From positions 1,824,001-1,888,000 of the forward strand of contig CBDASK010000003.1 of assembly GCA_965199495.1 (NCBI GenBank): a stretch of DNA of 64,000 bases, in the 5' to 3' direction. The DNA is from Abditibacterium sp. GTDB lineage: Bacteria > Armatimonadota > Abditibacteriia > Abditibacteriales > Abditibacteriaceae. Of this stretch, positions 60,362-64,000 are shown one piece after another (position 1 is the first letter of the stretch; each line of letters begins with the position of its first letter). The position numbers and the translations under genes were made by a program. The notes beneath the pieces were generated by a model. That model ran no database searches. It was not told the origin of the DNA and saw only the letters and a list, made by a program, of their open reading frames with translations.

Positions 60362-62314
60362 TTAATCCTCGACTTTCTCGAAGCCCAAAAAACTCTTGAG
60401 TTTTTCCCACCAGCTCTGCGCGGCGGTCTCAGACTTTCGCCCACTTTTGGCGGGCGGCGAATCGGTGCGGCGAAAAATATCCTCGGCGCGATTTCGACCT
60501 GTGCCCTCCGAATCATTGGCACCTTCAGCGCGGGCGCCACGTTCGGTTGTCGCGGCGGAAAAACGTTCCGCGTCGCCTGAATTTGAGGAGGCGGTCGCAT
60601 TCGTTTGCTCGGACGAGCGCGCGGCGGGGCGTAAAGACGTTCGTGAAAAAATGCTCTGGCCCGACGATTCGCCAGTTCTCGTGCTTTCCGGGCGTATCAC
60701 TTCGCCGCGCACACCTTCGCCGCGCGGTGGCGTTGTCCGGGCCTCGAAGCGAGGCGCCTCGAATGGGGCGCCATTGCCAGCAGGATTCGCATTCGCGTCG
60801 CTGGCGACGGGCGGCGTGGCTGCTGTTTCGGCGGAGGGACTTTGCGATGCTGACGCCTCTTTTGCAGCAGCCACCGGCGCGCCGGATTCCGATGTTCCAG
60901 TGGCGGCAGTTTGAGGCTGTGCGGGAGCCTTGGAAATCGGCGACGGCGCGAGCGGCGACGATTCCATGATGTTGGGCACGATATTAAGGAGCGGCTCGCC
61001 CTTGCCAGATTCTCTGGGCCGGGCCTCGGAGACGCGAGCTTCGGAAGCGCGGGCGGCGGAGGTAAAGCCGGGCGCCGTGGCTGCGTTTTCGCCGGAAGCG
61101 ATGGCGCCCCAGATGCGACGGCCTTCGAGCGTGGCGATGCGCGGAATCACGGCCTGATTGTTGGGCGATTGGCGTTGCGTCAACGCGAAGCGGCACAAAC
61201 CAACGCCCGTCGCCAGTTGCGGCATCGCGACTTGATCGCTCCAACCGGTCACGCCGTGCGGGTAGCCCAAGCGCACTGGCATCGCGAAAACCGTGCTGGC
61301 CAATTCGATGGCGCCCGGCAATAAGGCGCCGCCGCCGCTCAAAATCACGCCGCCCGGCACGCGCTGGGGCGCGCCACTGCTGTGCATCATTTCGTGCGCC
61401 AACTCGAACAGCTCGCTCATGCGCGCCTCGATGATTTCGCCCAAAATCGCGCGCGGAATCCGCAGACGCTCGTGCGTGCCCGACATCGTGACTTCGAGCG
61501 CCTCGCCGTGCGGAATCATCTCGCGCGTGGCCGCGCCCGACTCCAACTTCAAATCTTCGGCGACCTCGAACGGCGTGCGCAGTCCAATCGCGATGTCGCG
61601 CGTGACGTGATTGCCGCCGACCGGCAACACGCCCGAATAGACGATGGTGCCGTCGTGGAAAACCGCGATATCCGACGTGCCGCCGCCGATGTCAATCAAA
61701 ATCACGCCCATCTCGCGCTCGTCCGCCGTCGTGACGGCTTCGGCGGTGGCAATCGGCTCCAAAACCAGCGCGTCCACTTTCAGGCCCGCGCGCTCGACGC
61801 ACTGCACGGCGTTTTGCAGATAGGGCGCTTTGCCGGTGACGATATGAGTTTCGACTTCGAGTTTTTGGCCGGTCATGCCGATGGGCCGGTAAACGCCGCC
61901 GTGGCCGTCAACGGTGAAAGTGCGCGGCAGCGAATGAATAATTTCGCGGTCGCGCGGCACTTCCAAAGCCGCCGCCTGCAAAACGCGGCGCACATCGTCG
62001 CGGGTGATGGCGCCCTGCCCGCCCGCAACTGTCACGGCGGCGTGACGATTCGACGATTCGATATGTTCGCCGGTGACGCCGACGATGACGCCCCGGACTT
62101 TGACGCCCGCCATATGCGCGGCGCGCTCGACCGAGTGTTGGATGGCGGCGACGGTTTCTTCGACATCCACGACGACGCCGCGCTTGATGCCGCGCGAGGG
62201 CGTGCTGCCCACGCCGATGACGCGCAGACTGCCTTCGGCAGCCCCGGCGGCGATCACAGTGCCGACCTTGGTCGTGCCGATGTCGAGTCCAACAACAATT
62301 TCTTCGCGCGTCAC
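60362..62314 (-). CDS. ftsA: cell division protein FtsA with a very long disordered C-terminal linker
   Basis: VGLDIGTTKV, SRGIKRGVVVD, IDIGGGTSD, GGNHVTRDIA, IIEARMSE and SGGGA; C-terminal amphipathic helix SWWEKLKSFLGF; GTG start at 62314 assumed. Confidence 0.93.
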   Translation of the reverse strand: MTREEIVVGLDIGTTKVGTVIAAGAAEGSLRVIGVGSTPSRGIKRGVVVDVEETVAAIQHSVERAAHMAGVKVRGVIVGVTGEHIESSNRHAAVTVAGGQGAITRDDVRRVLQAAALEVPRDREIIHSLPRTFTVDGHGGVYRPIGMTGQKLEVETHIVTGKAPYLQNAVQCVERAGLKVDALVLEPIATAEAVTTADEREMGVILIDIGGGTSDIAVFHDGTIVYSGVLPVGGNHVTRDIAIGLRTPFEVAEDLKLESGAATREMIPHGEALEVTMSGTHERLRIPRAILGEIIEARMSELFELAHEMMHSSGAPQRVPGGVILSGGGALLPGAIELASTVFAMPVRLGYPHGVTGWSDQVAMPQLATGVGLCRFALTQRQSPNNQAVIPRIATLEGRRIWGAIASGENAATAPGFTSAARASEARVSEARPRESGKGEPLLNIVPNIMESSPLAPSPISKAPAQPQTAATGTSESGAPVAAAKEASASQSPSAETAATPPVASDANANPAGNGAPFEAPRFEARTTPPRGEGVRGEVIRPESTRTGESSGQSIFSRTSLRPAARSSEQTNATASSNSGDAERFSAATTERGARAEGANDSEGTGRNRAEDIFRRTDSPPAKSGRKSETAAQSWWEKLKSFLGFEKVED

Positions 62315-62431
62315 TTCGATAGCTTTAAACTCCCAGTTAGATTTTACCCGACAAAAACCGGCGTCTTTCGTGGATGCGCCCAATTCGAGGCATCAACAAA
62401 GCCACAAAGCGAGGCTTTGTGGCTTTGAAGT

Positions 62432-62866
62432 TTACCCGACGCTTACGATTTCGGAATTGTCGGTTTCGATACGGACTTTCCCACGTTTGTAGCGCCATCT
62501 TTCGATTACCAAACGCCGCAATACAGCCAAATTGTTGAGAATACGCCCCGAAAACACCACGACCGCCGCGATCATCATCACCGAAATGCGGCCATCGCCG
62601 ACGCCGGTTTCCAAGCCCAAACGCTCGCCCAGCAAAACTAAACCGACGGCCAAGACCGAATTGATGACAAATCCCGACAAAAATATCGCGTTATCGAATT
62701 TATCGGTCAAGAAAGAACGTAAGCCGCCAATGACGGTATCCATGCCCGCCAGAAGCGCGACCGCGATGTAGCGGGCGAAGGCTTCGTTGGCGGGCAAAGC
62801 CATGCTCGACGAGAGCCAAAAGACGGCAAAACCCAGCGCTAAGGCTAAAAAAGGAAGAAGAAACAC
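62432..62866 (-). CDS. sbp: small basic protein (DUF1290)
   Basis: YIAVALLAGMDTVIGGLRS, FDNAIFLSGF..N and RILNNLAVLRR; between DUF881 and ftsA. Confidence 0.85.
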   Translation of the reverse strand: MFLLPFLALALGFAVFWLSSSMALPANEAFARYIAVALLAGMDTVIGGLRSFLTDKFDNAIFLSGFVINSVLAVGLVLLGERLGLETGVGDGRISVMMIAAVVVFSGRILNNLAVLRRLVIERWRYKRGKVRIETDNSEIVSVG

Positions 62867-62956
62867 GGGGAAAGGATAAAGGATTAAGGCGCAAGGATAA
62901 AGGTGGAAAACGCGACACTCGCTATGAATGCCCTAATTTTTATCCTTTATCCACGT

Positions 62957-63862
62957 TTACTGCTGTGCGTCCACTTTTTTGGCGGCTTCTTTGTTGATGT
63001 GGCTAACTTTTTCGGCGTCGGTCGGTTCGGCCTGCGCGACGCGCATTTTGGGCACGCCGCCCGTGGCTGCGGGCAACTCGATGTTGTCCACTTTCTCGAC
63101 TTTGACGCCGATAGTCGCGCTGGATTTCAGGTTGTCAACGATGCCGCCCGCCATCGTCATCGCCGAAATCAGCGTGTTGGGATTGCCGATGGCTTCGATG
63201 GTGAATGGAGCAGCCACGCCCTCCCAGTTGACCATGATCGTGGGGCCGACGCAGCGAATTGGCGTGTAGCCGGTCACGCGCACCGGGTCGCCGCCCGCGC
63301 CATAAATCGCGATGGCTTCGGCTTTGGCCGAGCGCAGTTCGTTGACGACCTGCTGCAAATCGAAATCGTGAACCAATCCCGGCATCGCCTGCGACGGATC
63401 GCCACCCGCGACGGCGGGGTCATCCGACAGCGTGATGCGAATGCCCGGCCCGCGCAAATTCGTCAGGCCCGCGACGGTTTGCAATTCTTTGATTTGCCCG
63501 TTGAGCGCGGTGATTTGCGTGGTCGTGAGCTTGCCGCCATCAACCAATTTCCTTTTGAGCGCGCCCAGTTCCGCGTCCATCGTCAGGCGCTCGCGGTCGG
63601 CGGCGGCGGCTTTGGTTTTCATCTGCGCCGCCAGCGCCGTCGCTTCGATAGTGCCCTTTTTTTCTTTGACCTGATTATCGCGCATCTGCTGCGTCGCGCG
63701 CAGTTGCATCGCGACCAGAGCGCCGAAAATAAAACAAACGCCGGTCAACGAAACCATCCACGATTTGCCTTTGCGCGCCCGTGGCTCCTGTGGAGACGTT
63801 TCGATAATGACCGGCAAATCGGAAGATTGGGGCGGGCGGGGAGCAGTGAGAGGAGCGTTCAT
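62957..63862 (-). CDS. DUF881 protein (YlxW/YlxX-like)
   Basis: TM plus coiled coil; AGLT..RGPGIRITLSD, VHDFDLQQVVNEL..A.AEAIAI and PFTIEAIG. Confidence 0.9.
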   Translation of the reverse strand: MNAPLTAPRPPQSSDLPVIIETSPQEPRARKGKSWMVSLTGVCFIFGALVAMQLRATQQMRDNQVKEKKGTIEATALAAQMKTKAAAADRERLTMDAELGALKRKLVDGGKLTTTQITALNGQIKELQTVAGLTNLRGPGIRITLSDDPAVAGGDPSQAMPGLVHDFDLQQVVNELRSAKAEAIAIYGAGGDPVRVTGYTPIRCVGPTIMVNWEGVAAPFTIEAIGNPNTLISAMTMAGGIVDNLKSSATIGVKVEKVDNIELPAATGGVPKMRVAQAEPTDAEKVSHINKEAAKKVDAQQ

Positions 63863-64000
63863 GGAAAAACCTGAGACAAACGGAATTCATGTTGACGCGC
63901 AACCAAGTCCGGCAATTCCAAAGATTTGGCAAGCCGCATTGATTATTTTGGGGCCGCGCACCAATGAGTTTAACCAACCGCGTTAGTCATGCTTTGTGTT

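Noticed and set aside
63863..64000. ftsQ/divIB 3' end upstream of DUF881
   Set aside because: No recognisable coding motif in the 138 bp available; cannot be supported.

Overview
Bacterial chromosome segment, roughly 55-58% GC by eye. It most likely comes from Abditibacteriota (candidate phylum FBP) or a related Terrabacteria lineage, inferred from my recollection of FBP 16S signatures, two DUF1559/H-X9-DG prepilin-like genes, a DUF6785 membrane protein and a DUF881-sbp-ftsA block. Recognisable content: an L-arabinose operon (araA, a sugar-alcohol dehydrogenase, araB, araD), a GGDEF/EAL signalling protein, an ABC-F ATPase, frr and uppS, GH63/GH5/GH43 hydrolases, glcF, speD, a stand-alone 16S rRNA gene, a Tat-exported Mn-type SOD, tRNA-Val(CAC), a REP-flanked RAYT transposase, a deleted MmeI-like restriction-modification remnant, a papain-like protease next to a chagasin inhibitor, and an FtsA with a very long linker. 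Most notable unexplained signals: (1) the non-palindromic 7-mer CGTGGCT(G) occurs about once per kb on both strands (63 copies by hand count), a candidate DNA-uptake, Chi-like or protein-binding signal; (2) a ~370-nt structured leader upstream of speD; (3) three paralogous secreted OB-fold-like/low-complexity proteins, each with a matching ECF-type promoter; (4) several coexisting REPIN/MITE-like families; (5) an unlinked 16S gene driven by four tandem promoters. All calls come from reading the sequence by eye; no searches or computations were run.
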